From NCBI GenBank assembly GCA_963844935.1, contig CAWJQH010000004.1, forward strand, positions 733,058-797,057: a stretch of DNA of 64,000 nt, in the 5' to 3' direction. Numbering within the stretch: the stretch's first letter is position 1; each line of letters opens with the position of its first letter. This stretch comes from an uncultured Bacteroidales bacterium. Lineage in GTDB: Bacteria > Bacteroidota > Bacteroidia > Bacteroidales > VadinHA17. Under the pieces are notes generated by a model that was not told the origin of the DNA, did no database searches, and saw only the letters and a program-made list of their open reading frames with translations. The position numbers were made by a program, and so were the translations under genes. Shown here piece by piece: positions 31,736-42,704 of this stretch.

Positions 31736-34700
31736 CTACTTAATCATAATTTTGATGGCAGTTGTCTGTGGGATACTACCATCAGTTGGTATTAAGGTCA
31801 GCCTTAAATAATAGTTGCCCTTTAACAGAGTGCCGAGGTTGGCAGCAATCGATGAATTGAGTATATCACCCGAGGGTTTATTATTGGCTAAAGACTTCAT
31901 AAGCAAACCCTTGGTATCATATATCTCGATACTGAAAACTCCAGGTAAAGGCAGAATATAATTTATAGTAACGTCCTGGCCCTTTGTGGCTGGGTTTGGC
32001 ACCATCGAAAGTGTTATAAGTGTCGTATTACTGGCCTTGGCTGTAACCTGAACATTATCTACCGTCAGGGCAGGATTAGCAATCGGCACAAACAATCCGT
32101 CAGCCAGTTCATTAAGGTTGCTGGCAGCCAGTGTAACCCTCAACGTCTGTGTCGTGGTAAATCCTGTTAACGGGGTCATATTGATTACAACAAGACTTCC
32201 GCCAGCAGTTATAGGCACAGCTGTGGGTGAGTACCATGCAATTTTGAGTACATTGCCAGCGTGTTTAAAGACTGCCGGGATACCTCCTACTTTAACGCTA
32301 TTAACTTGCACAAGATTTGATGGCACATTAAGGATCAGCGAAACAGCCCCTAACTGCGGTATAGCTGAGACAGAATTAATCGGCAGGTCAAATGGTGTGG
32401 CGACCGGAACCTTTAAAGCAAGGCCTGTAGATGTAAGCAGGACGGTTGAAACACCCGGGGTTACCGGACTAAAGCTGCTGTTGAAGTCGCCGGTGCACAT
32501 TCCAAGGATATCAAATCCGGTGACTGACTCGCCGTTTACATCCGACATAAACTGAGGTGGATTTCGGAATACTCACTCCCTGGCCGATAGCATCCCAGAA
32601 CACCCAGGGTCCTCTGGCAAATGCAGCTGCTGCATCGACAAAGTTGTTCTGGATGCCGGTTGCATCAGTAGCGTTGATCAGGGTATTGTTATCCACATCA
32701 CCCGCCATGTACTTTACATTCAGGATGGTGGAAGGTAAAAGTTCCCATGCTTTTACCGTTCCTGCATCCGTTGAGTTGACGCCACCAGGCAACATCGGAG
32801 TGGTAATATTAATGGGATAAGAACCTGAGGTTACATTATTGATTACAAATGCTCCTGCAGCATCGGTGACAGCAGTACCTCCGTTTGCCGAAACCGTAAA
32901 GTTGGCCAGCGGATCCAGGGCTCATTATTGTATTTCAACGTGCCGCTGATTGAGCAGGCATTGACCGTCAGTGGGGTGGGACTTGAGATCGGTGACCTCA
33001 CCCGGGGTCCATTCGTAAGAACGCACCTGTATTTATATCCGGTCATTCCCAGGCTCACGGGGGTCTATCGCCAGTGAGGATGTTGTTACGGTGGAATAGG
33101 GAGCCGTATCAGTAAGGTCTGTCCAGATTTTTCCTCCGTCAATGCTGACCTGCCATTGATAATTTGCATGTTTGGTGTGTTGCTTCAACCGAATATGTCA
33201 GCGACATCACCGACACAGGCTGTTCTCGGAACAGGTTGCGTTTAATTTGTGGATAGTTGGCTCTTGAGCGGACTTGGATGTATTTCCAGCGGGCGCATCA
33301 TGCTCATGTCCTCATGATCGATAACATGGCAGTGCCACACATAACCAGGACCAAGGCTCGGATCAAACGGGAACATCAGGTCGGCAGGCTCTGCATTCGC
33401 AGGTCTGTCAGTCGGGGCAACCCTCATAACAAATTTGGAAACATAACCGGGAAGCACCGTAACATTGTCTTTCCATCCCATCTCTTCAGGACTTGCAGGG
33501 ATCTTCATTACGATTAATGAAAGGACTGAAAGCAGGATTACCACCAACAGCTCCGTCATCATTTTCTACATCCGGTACATCCTTTATACCGTAGCCAAAC
33601 GGAGTGCCTGCTCCTCCCGGGTAATCCATCGCTCCTGCAGGGAATGGCAGAACATCAGGGTGGTTCGTCTTCCATGCATTTGCATAAGCCTGCAAATATC
33701 CGACATCGTCTAATCGGTGTGCGGCTTACAAGCTGCCACTGCATAAGATGTATATGCATAGGGTGCGCATCTGCTGAGACATTAGCGATCTCTATTATTT
33801 CGGTGGTACCTTCAAGCGGGAAATTCTGTCGGTCCGCCTGCCGCATAGGGATCGCCTGCAATGGAGAGGGCTTTTTCAAAATAGGTATTGTTCACAAGTA
33901 CTGCTGCCGGACCACCTAATGACATAACCTCATTCAGGATAATCTGTCTTTTGACTGCAGGTGTTATTGCTGCATCAATTTTTCCGGCAAAGTCGGTAAG
34001 CTTTACCATGGGAGTTACTGGCCTGAGGTCAACTGGCAACTGGCTGTAAATCCTTACCCGAACCCAAGAACTGTTGGGGAACCGGGAGAAACCATTGAAC
34101 CGTTGACTACGAACTGCATGATGACATCCGTCAGACCGGGAACAACTGGATCACCAAAGGGGAAAGGTGCACTCGCATTTTGCTTCAGGACAAGTGTTCT
34201 CCCTGCAAAGGCGCTGAAATCGATTACAACGTCAGCTCTCTGGCCGGGACCAATATTAAGTGCCTCATTAAGGGCAGGATCAAGGGCCACAGGGCTTGAC
34301 AGAAGTCCCCCTTCAATACCGACGACATTGATGGCCGGTCCGGGTGTCGACAATCCGGTAGCAGTAGAATCCACAAGCCACATATTCAGCCACCGTGCAT
34401 TGCACCCGTCAAGAATACGGAAACGGTACTTGCGAGGTGCAACACTAAGGTAAGGCCAGGTCTTGCCGTTTACAACAAATATGTCACCGATGAATTCCGG
34501 GGTCCAGAAAGGATGAAGTTCGGGGTTCGGAGGAGCCACCGGCCAGTAAAGGGCGCCGTTGACATCGAACATACGGTCCTGGATACCAAGTTCTATTTCA
34601 GGAAGATAAGCATTAGCACCGTTAAATGTCGCCGTTTTTCCCGGGGGAGTAGCTTCCACAACCATCTCATCACCTGACCAGCCAGGCAGCTGTGCCTTTT

Positions 34701-35969
34701 CCTCATCATCTCCCCTCAGGAAATAGTAACCTGCCAGTCCTGTATAGACGTTGATCCTTGTCAGACCGTCATCGTGGGGATGATACCATAATGTAGCTGC
34801 TTCCTGCTGATTCGGATAGGTTACCAGGGGGGATGCGCCAAAGGGAAATCCGGGGCCGACCGTGGTTCCGCCAGGCATAAACCAGGAGTTCGGACCGCCG
34901 TCAGAACCAGAGGGTATTTCACCTCCGTGAAGATGAACCACCATCGGTATCGGACCCAGGTAGGGTTCTGTAAGAGGTGACACGGGCTCCGGGTAACCGT
35001 TCATCATAAGCGTCTGGTCGGCCAAATGTTGAAATGGTCATATGTCAAGCCTTCCAGGCCATTCTCGTAACTGACTATCAGCTGGTTGCCCTGTTTGGCT
35101 TCTATCGTCTGGGCAGGCCACATTGCTGGGCCCCACGACTTGCCGCCATCCCTTGATATCTGATAAGCGGCGTAATTGCCTTTGCCTGCACCAGGAGTGG
35201 CAATACTACCATGATCGTACCGTTACCTACAGTCGTTCCTGATTGGCAGTGCGACCTGCTTTACAGGAACAGTTCTGATGCTAAGGTTCCCGCCGTTTTT
35301 GGCATTAACCCTCAGTCCTGCAGCAAAATGCGGCAATGGGTCCACAAACTTGGGAATTAATGTTGGATCAATTGGACCAGCAAAAGGGAAATAATTAACT
35401 ATAAGGGTCAAGCTGAGAAACCGAACAAACATTCGGATTGCCCAGGATCACGCTTACACTTTGCTGCGATTGAATCCCTGTCCAGTCTACAGTAATGGAA
35501 TTCGGTGGTATCTTCCCGGTAAATGTTCCTGCAGGGGAAACGTTCCAGGTATACGGACCCATTCCAGGTTCCGTTTTGTAAACCTGACCGGTGGTTAGTC
35601 CCGAACCTTAGAGTAGCCGGCATTTCGGTCACAGGATCCAGGGGCCCCGTAATTGTAGCCGTCGGATCGACCGTCACATCCAGTGTAAAAGTCGTAGCCG
35701 GATTACCACCGTCATTGACAGTGATGGTCTGAAGCCCCCGGACAGTCCAGTCTACGATAATTTCTCCGGTGTTGGCTCCTGTAGCAAAGGTGATTCCGTT
35801 CGTAGACTGTCCAATTATAGGTTGTCCAACCTGTGGGTCCAGTGTAGGACACCCCTGTCGTTCCTTCGCAGACCGGAGTAGGTCCGGTTATCTGCGAAAA
35901 CAGATTTACCGAGGCTGCAAGAAGGGCAACCATGATAAATGAGCATTTTGTGTAAACTTTTGATTTCAT
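31736..35969 (-). pseudogene. Large T9SS-type multicopper oxidase (CotA/bilirubin-oxidase-like) with Ig-like, dockerin-like and cohesin-like modules; many frameshifts
   Basis: Fragments in order: signal peptide (35969), IPKFVDPLP, HLHGG, WYHPH, HPMHIHL, WHCHVIDHEDMSMM, Ig-like YQWQVSIDGG...YRC, GDVDNNTLINATD, CTD-like PNPA...IEIYD...GNYYLRL...KIMIK. Confidence 0.75.
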
Positions 35970-36046
35970 AGGCTAAAATTGAATTAAATATTTCAGGGTA
36001 TTAAAACTTAGTTTTTTAAAACCTTCGTAACCGGGTTCAGCTTCCT

Positions 36047-36730
36047 CTAGTCCTTTTCGCATCTGACTGAAAAGCCAGCACCTTTGTCCGATTTCAGGTA
36101 TTTCACTCCAACACTGTTATCATCCAGCACAACTGAATATATCTGGCTGGATGGCTGTATCTCCACCGGGGATGAATTTGTCCACCACCGGCAAGACCGG
36201 CCCAGGTCGGCGAATTTGCCGTCCGCCTGGCGGTATCCGCCGGGGAGGCCTTCAAAACCTATCTTGTTCGTACCGGGTTTCGATTTCCATACTTTGGAAG
36301 TGCTTTTAAGGCCGCTTCCCGCCATGTCGACCCCGTTCAGATTTTTTACCAGGGTACTCCAGTCGGCGTTGGCCGGAATATGCCACCCCTCTGGGGCAAG
36401 ACCTCTCGGATCATTGACAGCATACCAGTTGTACAGCTTTCCGTACCTGTTCCCGTTAGCGGGATCATTCTCCTGGTAACACCAGGCTGGTTCACCTGCT
36501 TCAGCTGCTCTTGCCCATTCCTCCTCAGTCGTTGCCTGCGGAATGGTGTCGCCGTTCCTGAAGTGTGACACATTGAGATTTGGGACTGTCCAAACCTGAA
36601 GGCCATGAGAAACTGTCCTGTATGTATTCCCGTCAATATCCTGTATGCTCTGGGCTTTTCCCGAAAGGCTCAGGAGCAGGAATGCCGGGATTGCTAAAAT
36701 TGATAATCTATTGATTTTTGCTATTTTCAT
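36047..36730 (-). CDS. Fibrobacter succinogenes major paralogous (FISUMP) domain protein
   Basis: DIDGNTYRTV, YGKLYNWYAV, APEGWHIP, GFSVRC; signal peptide. Confidence 0.85.
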   Translation of the reverse strand: MKIAKINRLSILAIPAFLLLSLSGKAQSIQDIDGNTYRTVSHGLQVWTVPNLNVSHFRNGDTIPQATTEEEWARAAEAGEPAWCYQENDPANGNRYGKLYNWYAVNDPRGLAPEGWHIPANADWSTLVKNLNGVDMAGSGLKSTSKVWKSKPGTNKIGFEGLPGGYRQADGKFADLGRSCRWWTNSSPVEIQPSSQIYSVVLDDNSVGVKYLKSDKGAGFSVRCEKD

Positions 36731-36846
36731 AATATTTCAACTTTATTGAATCCGCTAAAGTACTTTGTTCGTAAACACACTAATTCAATCCGTCACGATC
36801 ATTATCAGCAGCTACCATTCGCCGCACATCTCCGGGCCCTGCTAAA

Positions 36847-36908
36847 TTATTATGTATTAATTGTGTAATGATTAAGAACAGGTTAAGATTGAATGAATAA
36901 AAGGTTAA
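36847..36908. repeat. 62-bp direct repeat, copy 2
   Basis: Matches 31513-31574. Confidence 0.9.
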
Positions 36909-36939
36909 CAGGTCTGTCAGGCAGGGGCCTTTGTCAGCA

Positions 36940-38037
36940 TTTCCGTTTCTGCAGGCATTGCAGGGGCCCTGCTTCAGGATCCGCTCACTGTCAAGCAAAT
37001 AAGCCCCGGATGTCACAACCACTTCGGATTCTTTCACACCTGAAACGATCAGTATCGAGTTCGCCTGACTGATTGCCTGTGACTACCGGTCTGACCGAAA
37101 ATCCTCCGCATTCTTCCCTTATCCATACCCTGTCCTCGCCATTGTTTCTTATGACGGCGGAGGCCGGGATGACTACTCCCCGGAAAGTCTGAGCCCTCAC
37201 TTTCAGTATGGCGAGCATGCCGGGGTGAAGAGTTCTGTCGGGATTGTTTATTGTTGCCCTGACCAGGCTGACATTCTTTCCCTGCTCAAGCGAAGGATTG
37301 ATGAAATCAATTCTGCAGGTTATGAGCTTATTACCTGCTGAAGGTATCAGCACTTCAGCCTCCATACCCGGTCTGATGAACCTTGTATCATGCGGGTAAG
37401 CCTGCCCCTCAACCCACAGAGTATTGTCATCGGCAAGTTCAAACAGCACCTGGCCTTCCTTAACGTATTCGCCTTCCGAAATATTAACGCTCCTTATCTT
37501 TCCTGAAACAGCGCTGTGTATAGGCAGTGTGAACAGGACCTTACTGTCGGCGGCCAGCTGCTGAATCTGCAGCTCTGTCATGCCCATTCTCTGCAGCTTT
37601 TCCCTTACAGCCAGGCTGGGTTCATATCTTGCCGAGAAGTTCCAGTTATTGCTTTCGAGCCTCATATATTCACGCTCGGTTGTAATGAGGTCTTCACTGA
37701 ATAACTCATAAAGCTTGTCTCCTTTTTTAACCGTTTCCCCTGTATTCCTGAAATATAACTTCTCTATCCTTCCGGAAACGCGTGAGCTTACCGTGGCGGC
37801 ACTCTGTTCATTGACCTTGAGTACTGCGGTCAGGGTCAATTCCTTTCCGATGGCTCCCGCCCTGGCTGTGGTGGTACTGATATTCGCAAGCTGGATCTGG
37901 GCGTCGCTCAGCATTATATGACTGACGGAACCGGCTTCACCGGAAGTCATCTCCTCCTGCCCGGTCCTGCATGAGAACAAGGCCAGTAAGAAGGCTGTCA
38001 TAAGTGCCTGAATTATCCTGGTATTATACGCTTTCAT
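36940..38037 (-). CDS. CusB-like RND periplasmic adaptor (frameshift near 37060; 3' end approximate)
   Basis: VSSRVSGRIEKLY, FINPSL, LHPGM; C-terminal VVVTSGAYLLDSE is in another frame. Confidence 0.8.
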
Positions 38038-38053
38038 TTTACCTGAGAATTAT

Positions 38054-39370
38054 TTATTCAGAATCACCCCGGGATTTATTTTCATCGGTTGCTGCTTGTC
38101 CGGGAATAATAAAACCGTCGCTGTCAACAAGCAGTAAAGCCTTTTCAGCAATTTCCGAAGTTGCATCAATGCCCGACAGAATCTCAATTTTGCCGTCCGC
38201 TTCAACTCCGGTACTGACCTCCACCGGAATGAATTTATTATCCTTGCGAACCAGCACTGTCCTTCGTGTGCCGAGGTCAACAACTGCCGACGCCGGGACC
38301 CACAGACCTTCCCTGTCCCCGGTTACGATTTCTGCCATAACCTGTCTGCCTGGCGAAAGGATCCTTTCATCGTCCCTGATGTAAATTCTTACAGACTGGA
38401 ATATTCCGCCGTTAAGGGGTTCCACCTGGTCGATTTTACCTGTAAGTTTTCTGTCCGGGAAGAGAGGATCGGATACAGTTACGGGTTGTCCTCTTCTCAG
38501 CAACGCACCCTCTTCTGTCTTCACCTTCAGCTCGATGAGCAGTGACCTTACATCAGCAAGCTTAAACAGCGGTTCACCGGTCTCAACGCTTTGCCCGTCA
38601 ATAAGGCCTACTCCGCCGGATCCGGAGGAGAAGTCCCCGGAGGCACCTTCATTTTCGGCTCCGGCAGTAAAAAAAGTCTCAGCATTGAAATCGTTACTGA
38701 CCGCATACCCATCCGCCGGACTGTAAACCGCGAAATGATAATCAGGCCTGATTGTTTTTTTCAGCGTGTCAATCTGCCCCTTCGAGAGCCCGATGAGCCT
38801 GAACCATTCAAGGGCTTCAACTGTAAGATCTTCCCTGTCGGGGTAGGTCTGGATAAGCCTTACATAATTCCAGCGAACATCAAAAATGTTTGGAGCAAAA
38901 ATCTCGAAGATTTTGTCTCCCTTTCTGATATACTGGAACTGGTATCTGACAAATGACTTTTCAATCACCCCTCCGAAACGGGCGCTTACAGTCTGCACTT
39001 TACGCGGGTCATAATTCACGATACCCGATGCCTCGATGACCACAGGAAGCGACATTTGTGAGGGAGTCACCGTTTTCACGGCAGCCAGTACTAACTCGTT
39101 AACCGGACGGACAATATCTGTCAGTGATGAGTTGTAACTGTTTTTATCCAGCGCTATCAGTTCAATCAGAAACATGTCGCAGATAGGACAATCGCCGGGA
39201 GCATCCCTGATCACCTGCGGATGCATTGAGCAGACATACTGCGTCGCTTCTTCGGCATGATCCTTCTCCCCTTTAATCCCCCCCTGGCCCCTGAACGAGG
39301 CAGCGACGAGAATTAAGATCGTCAGGACCAATACCGCTACACCTGCAATTTTTAAATACTTTTTCTGCAT
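38054..39370 (-). CDS. CusB-like RND adaptor with heavy-metal-binding domain
   Basis: YVCSMHPQV...PGDCPICDMFL; ARFGGVIEK; C-terminal LLVDSDG; ATG 39370. Confidence 0.82.
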   Translation of the reverse strand: MQKKYLKIAGVAVLVLTILILVAASFRGQGGIKGEKDHAEEATQYVCSMHPQVIRDAPGDCPICDMFLIELIALDKNSYNSSLTDIVRPVNELVLAAVKTVTPSQMSLPVVIEASGIVNYDPRKVQTVSARFGGVIEKSFVRYQFQYIRKGDKIFEIFAPNIFDVRWNYVRLIQTYPDREDLTVEALEWFRLIGLSKGQIDTLKKTIRPDYHFAVYSPADGYAVSNDFNAETFFTAGAENEGASGDFSSGSGGVGLIDGQSVETGEPLFKLADVRSLLIELKVKTEEGALLRRGQPVTVSDPLFPDRKLTGKIDQVEPLNGGIFQSVRIYIRDDERILSPGRQVMAEIVTGDREGLWVPASAVVDLGTRRTVLVRKDNKFIPVEVSTGVEADGKIEILSGIDATSEIAEKALLLVDSDGFIIPGQAATDENKSRGDSE

Positions 39371-39398
39371 GTTGTGAAGTGTTTTTGCACTGACTTTT

Positions 39399-41288
39399 CT
39401 ATTTCGGTTTAAAGATGTTAACTGTCCCGTGTTTTGCCAGTTCACGCTCCTTCGACATTTCAAAAATGACAGGGGTGACGAGCAGGACGTGGATTGTGGA
39501 GGTGAACAATCCGCCGATAAGAGGCAGCGTGATCGGAAGCATCACATCGCTTCCTGCACCTGTTGCCCACAGCACCGGGAACAACCCGAACAGCGATACG
39601 GATACTGTCATTATCTTGGGTCTCAACCGTTTTACTGCCCCTTTTATGACTCCCTGCCGTATATCGTCCTTCGTCACCTGAACTGATGTTTTCCTGCTTC
39701 TGGCCAGCATCTCCTCCATGGCTTCATTCAGGTAAATAGTCATCAGCATCGAGGTTTCAATAGCCATTCCGAAGAGTGCAATGAACCCTACCGCAACAGC
39801 GACGGACATATTTATGTGATAGAACCATACGATGAACACACCACCCATCAACGCGAAAGGAACCGTTATAAGTGTCAGGAGGGCTTCCTTGAATGAGCGG
39901 TACGTAAAGTAAACTACCAGAAGGATGATAAAAATGACAACAGGTATTATGACCATCAGTTTGCGGTTCACCCGGATCTGATTTTCATACTGGCCGCTCC
40001 ACTCGAGGTAATATCCTTTCGGGAGGGACTTGACCATCTCTTCCAGCCTCTGCTTGCATTCTTTTACAGTGCTTCCCAGATCACGGTCCCTTACATTGAA
40101 CAGAACTGCACCGCGAAGCATCGCATTTTCAGAGGTCACCATAGCAGGACCTTCCGTTATGGTTATGTCGGCGACGGCTGAAAGAGGGATGGGGCCGGAG
40201 ACGGGGCTTTGCACCAGTATACCCCTGATCTCCTCGAGACTGTTCCTGTACTCCTGGGCAAACCGTACATTCACATTAAATCTCTGCCTGCCCTCAATTG
40301 TGGTTGTGACATTTACCCCGCCGAGGGCTGATTCAATAACCCTGTTGACTTCGTCGACGCTAAGACCGTACCTGCCGATCTCATCGCGGCGTACCGCGAT
40401 ATCTATGAATTTGCCTCCGGTCACCGGATCCACGTAGAGGTCAGATACACCCTTTATGCCTGAAAGATGGTTCTTAAGCTCATTTGACAGGAACCAGATT
40501 GAGTCGAGATTCTGGCCGTAGACCTTTAACCCGACATCGGTACGTACCCCTGTCGCAAGCATATTGATACGGTTGATGATCGGCTGGGTCCAGCCGTTGA
40601 CAACACCGGGTATCTGAAGCCGGGCATTCATCTCAAGGAGGAGGTCCTCCTTGGTCATGCCGGGCCGCCATTCATCCCGTGGCTTGAGCAGGATGATCGT
40701 CTCGATCATGCTTATCGGAGAGTTGTCAGTTGCGCTGCTTGCCCTGCCTGCTTTGCCAAGAACATTTTCGACCTCGGGGAAGGATTTGATTATCTTGTCC
40801 TGAACCTGAAGAATCCTCTTGATCTCGCTGTTTGAAACGTCGGGGAGGGTGACAGGCATGAACAGCAGCGAACCTTCATCGAGCGGCGGTATGAACTCGG
40901 TACCCATTCTGAACAATAAAGGAATGCTGATGAGCAACGCGGCTAAATTTATTCCAAGCGTTGTTTTCCTGTACCTGAGACATGCCTTGAGCACCGGGGT
41001 ATAAATACGTTCACTGAACCGCGTGACAGGATTGGCTGTTTCCCTTTTGAGCTTCCCTTTCAGGAGGAAACTGATAAGTACCGGAGTAAAAGTAATTGCC
41101 AGAAAGGCATCTATCAGCAGTATGAATGTTTTTGTAAAAGCCAGCGGATGGAACATTTTTCCCTCCATCCCTGTAAGCATGAAAACCGGCAGGAATGAAG
41201 AAACAACAACTATAGTTGAGTAGAAAACTCCCGGACCAACCTGTCTGGCAGCTCTTTCAATAATCGAATCCCTGCGCTCTTTTTTCAT
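39399..41288 (-). CDS. cusA: CusA-family heavy-metal RND permease, C-terminal part
   Basis: EGKMFHPLAFTKT, EFIPPLDEG, WTQPIINRINMLATG, RLRPKIMT. Confidence 0.85.
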   Translation of the reverse strand: MKKERRDSIIERAARQVGPGVFYSTIVVVSSFLPVFMLTGMEGKMFHPLAFTKTFILLIDAFLAITFTPVLISFLLKGKLKRETANPVTRFSERIYTPVLKACLRYRKTTLGINLAALLISIPLLFRMGTEFIPPLDEGSLLFMPVTLPDVSNSEIKRILQVQDKIIKSFPEVENVLGKAGRASSATDNSPISMIETIILLKPRDEWRPGMTKEDLLLEMNARLQIPGVVNGWTQPIINRINMLATGVRTDVGLKVYGQNLDSIWFLSNELKNHLSGIKGVSDLYVDPVTGGKFIDIAVRRDEIGRYGLSVDEVNRVIESALGGVNVTTTIEGRQRFNVNVRFAQEYRNSLEEIRGILVQSPVSGPIPLSAVADITITEGPAMVTSENAMLRGAVLFNVRDRDLGSTVKECKQRLEEMVKSLPKGYYLEWSGQYENQIRVNRKLMVIIPVVIFIILLVVYFTYRSFKEALLTLITVPFALMGGVFIVWFYHINMSVAVAVGFIALFGMAIETSMLMTIYLNEAMEEMLARSRKTSVQVTKDDIRQGVIKGAVKRLRPKIMTVSVSLFGLFPVLWATGAGSDVMLPITLPLIGGLFTSTIHVLLVTPVIFEMSKERELAKHGTVNIFKPK

Positions 41289-42592
41289 GTAGTGACCTGT
41301 TTGTTATCCGGGGTGTCCATTTCATCACCCCGGTCAGATTCATCTGCAAGATGGCGGTATGAGTTCTCTACCATAACGATTGTGTCGTCAACGATTACTC
41401 CGATTGCCAGGATTATGCCGGTAAGGGACATAATATTGGAGGAAATGTCCAGTGCGTTCAGGAGAATGAATGCAACAGCAATTGAAATAGGCATCTGAAT
41501 AAGTATGATCAGAGCGCTGCGCCAGTGAAAAAGGAAAACGAGCACTACCAAGGATACGGCCAGCATCTCCTCAAGGAGTGTGCTTTTGACGGATTTTACC
41601 GCTTCACGGATAAGTACACTGCGGTCATACGCTGTTTTGAATTTCACCCCGTCGGGGAGACCCTTGGCGACTTCGTCCATCTTTGCCTTGACAGCTGTGA
41701 TCACCTTGTCGGCGTTCTGATTATAACGCATGACAACGATTCCTCCGACTGCTTCGCCTTCACCGTTCTCATCGAAAATACCCAGTCTCAGATCGCCACC
41801 CTCCCCAACGCTGCCAATATCGCTTATATATACGGGAACGCTGTTGAAGACGCCGACGGGGATCTTTTCGATATCCCTTGTATTCCTTATATAACCAAGT
41901 CCGCGAATGATGTAACCGACATCGGATATCTCCAGCTTGCGGCCGCTGACATCATTGTTGTTTTCGCGGACTGCATCGAGGACATCCCCCAGGGGGATAT
42001 TGTAATAGTTCAGCTTATGAGGGTCAACAGATACCTGGTATTGCTTCTGGAAACCACCGAAGGAAGCCACCTCGCTCACTCCGGGAACGGTTTGCAGTGC
42101 ATATTTCACATACCAGTCCTGAAGTGCCCTCAGCTCTCCCAGGTCATAACCCCTGCCTTCGAGGGTGTACCAGAAAATATGTCCCACACCCGTACCGTCC
42201 GGTCCGATTGCCGGTGTGACCCCGGAGGGAAGAAGCTGCTGTGCCGAGTTGAGTCTCTCCAGGACTCTTGTTCGTGCCCAGTAGACATCTGTTTTGTCCT
42301 CGAATATCAGGTAAATGAAGCTCATGCCAAACATCGAGGTTCCCCTGACAGTCTTGACATCTGGGATGCCCTGAAGGTTTGATACAAGGGGAAAAGTCAC
42401 CTGGTCTTCTATCACCTGCGGGCTCCTTCCGGGCCACTCCGTAAATACAATTACCTGGTTTTCTGAAACATCGGGTATTGCATCAACAGGATTTTCCTTA
42501 AGGGAGAATATACCCCAGATAAACAAACCGATTGCTATTGCCAGGACAGCAACTTTGTTTTTAAGTGAAAATGAAATAAGCTTCTCAACCAC
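41285..42592 (-). CDS. cusA: CusA-family heavy-metal RND permease, N-terminal part
   Basis: VDAIPDVSENQVIV, VYWARTRVLE, SNIMSLTGI, IVMVEN; GTG start. Confidence 0.85.
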   Translation of the reverse strand: MVEKLISFSLKNKVAVLAIAIGLFIWGIFSLKENPVDAIPDVSENQVIVFTEWPGRSPQVIEDQVTFPLVSNLQGIPDVKTVRGTSMFGMSFIYLIFEDKTDVYWARTRVLERLNSAQQLLPSGVTPAIGPDGTGVGHIFWYTLEGRGYDLGELRALQDWYVKYALQTVPGVSEVASFGGFQKQYQVSVDPHKLNYYNIPLGDVLDAVRENNNDVSGRKLEISDVGYIIRGLGYIRNTRDIEKIPVGVFNSVPVYISDIGSVGEGGDLRLGIFDENGEGEAVGGIVVMRYNQNADKVITAVKAKMDEVAKGLPDGVKFKTAYDRSVLIREAVKSVKSTLLEEMLAVSLVVLVFLFHWRSALIILIQMPISIAVAFILLNALDISSNIMSLTGIILAIGVIVDDTIVMVENSYRHLADESDRGDEMDTPDNKQVTT

Positions 42593-42664
42593 CCGGATAA
42601 AGATATTTGCAGGTAAATATTCTGATTAATAAAACTAAAATTAGCTTATTGGAAGCAGGTATTT

Positions 42665-42704
42665 GTTAAGTTAAAATTAAATAAACATTAAGATGACATT
42701 AAGG
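42665..42704 (-). promoter_or_regulatory. Four-box (11-bp period) operator upstream of cusA
   Basis: Plus-strand GTTAAGT 42665, ATTAAAT 42676, ATTAAGA 42687, ATTAAGG 42698. Confidence 0.6.

Noticed and set aside
41525-42382. 285-aa plus-strand ORF
   Set aside because: Antisense shadow of cusA with no recognisable motifs; the same applies to the many short antisense ORFs over groEL, lepA, leuS and gdhA.
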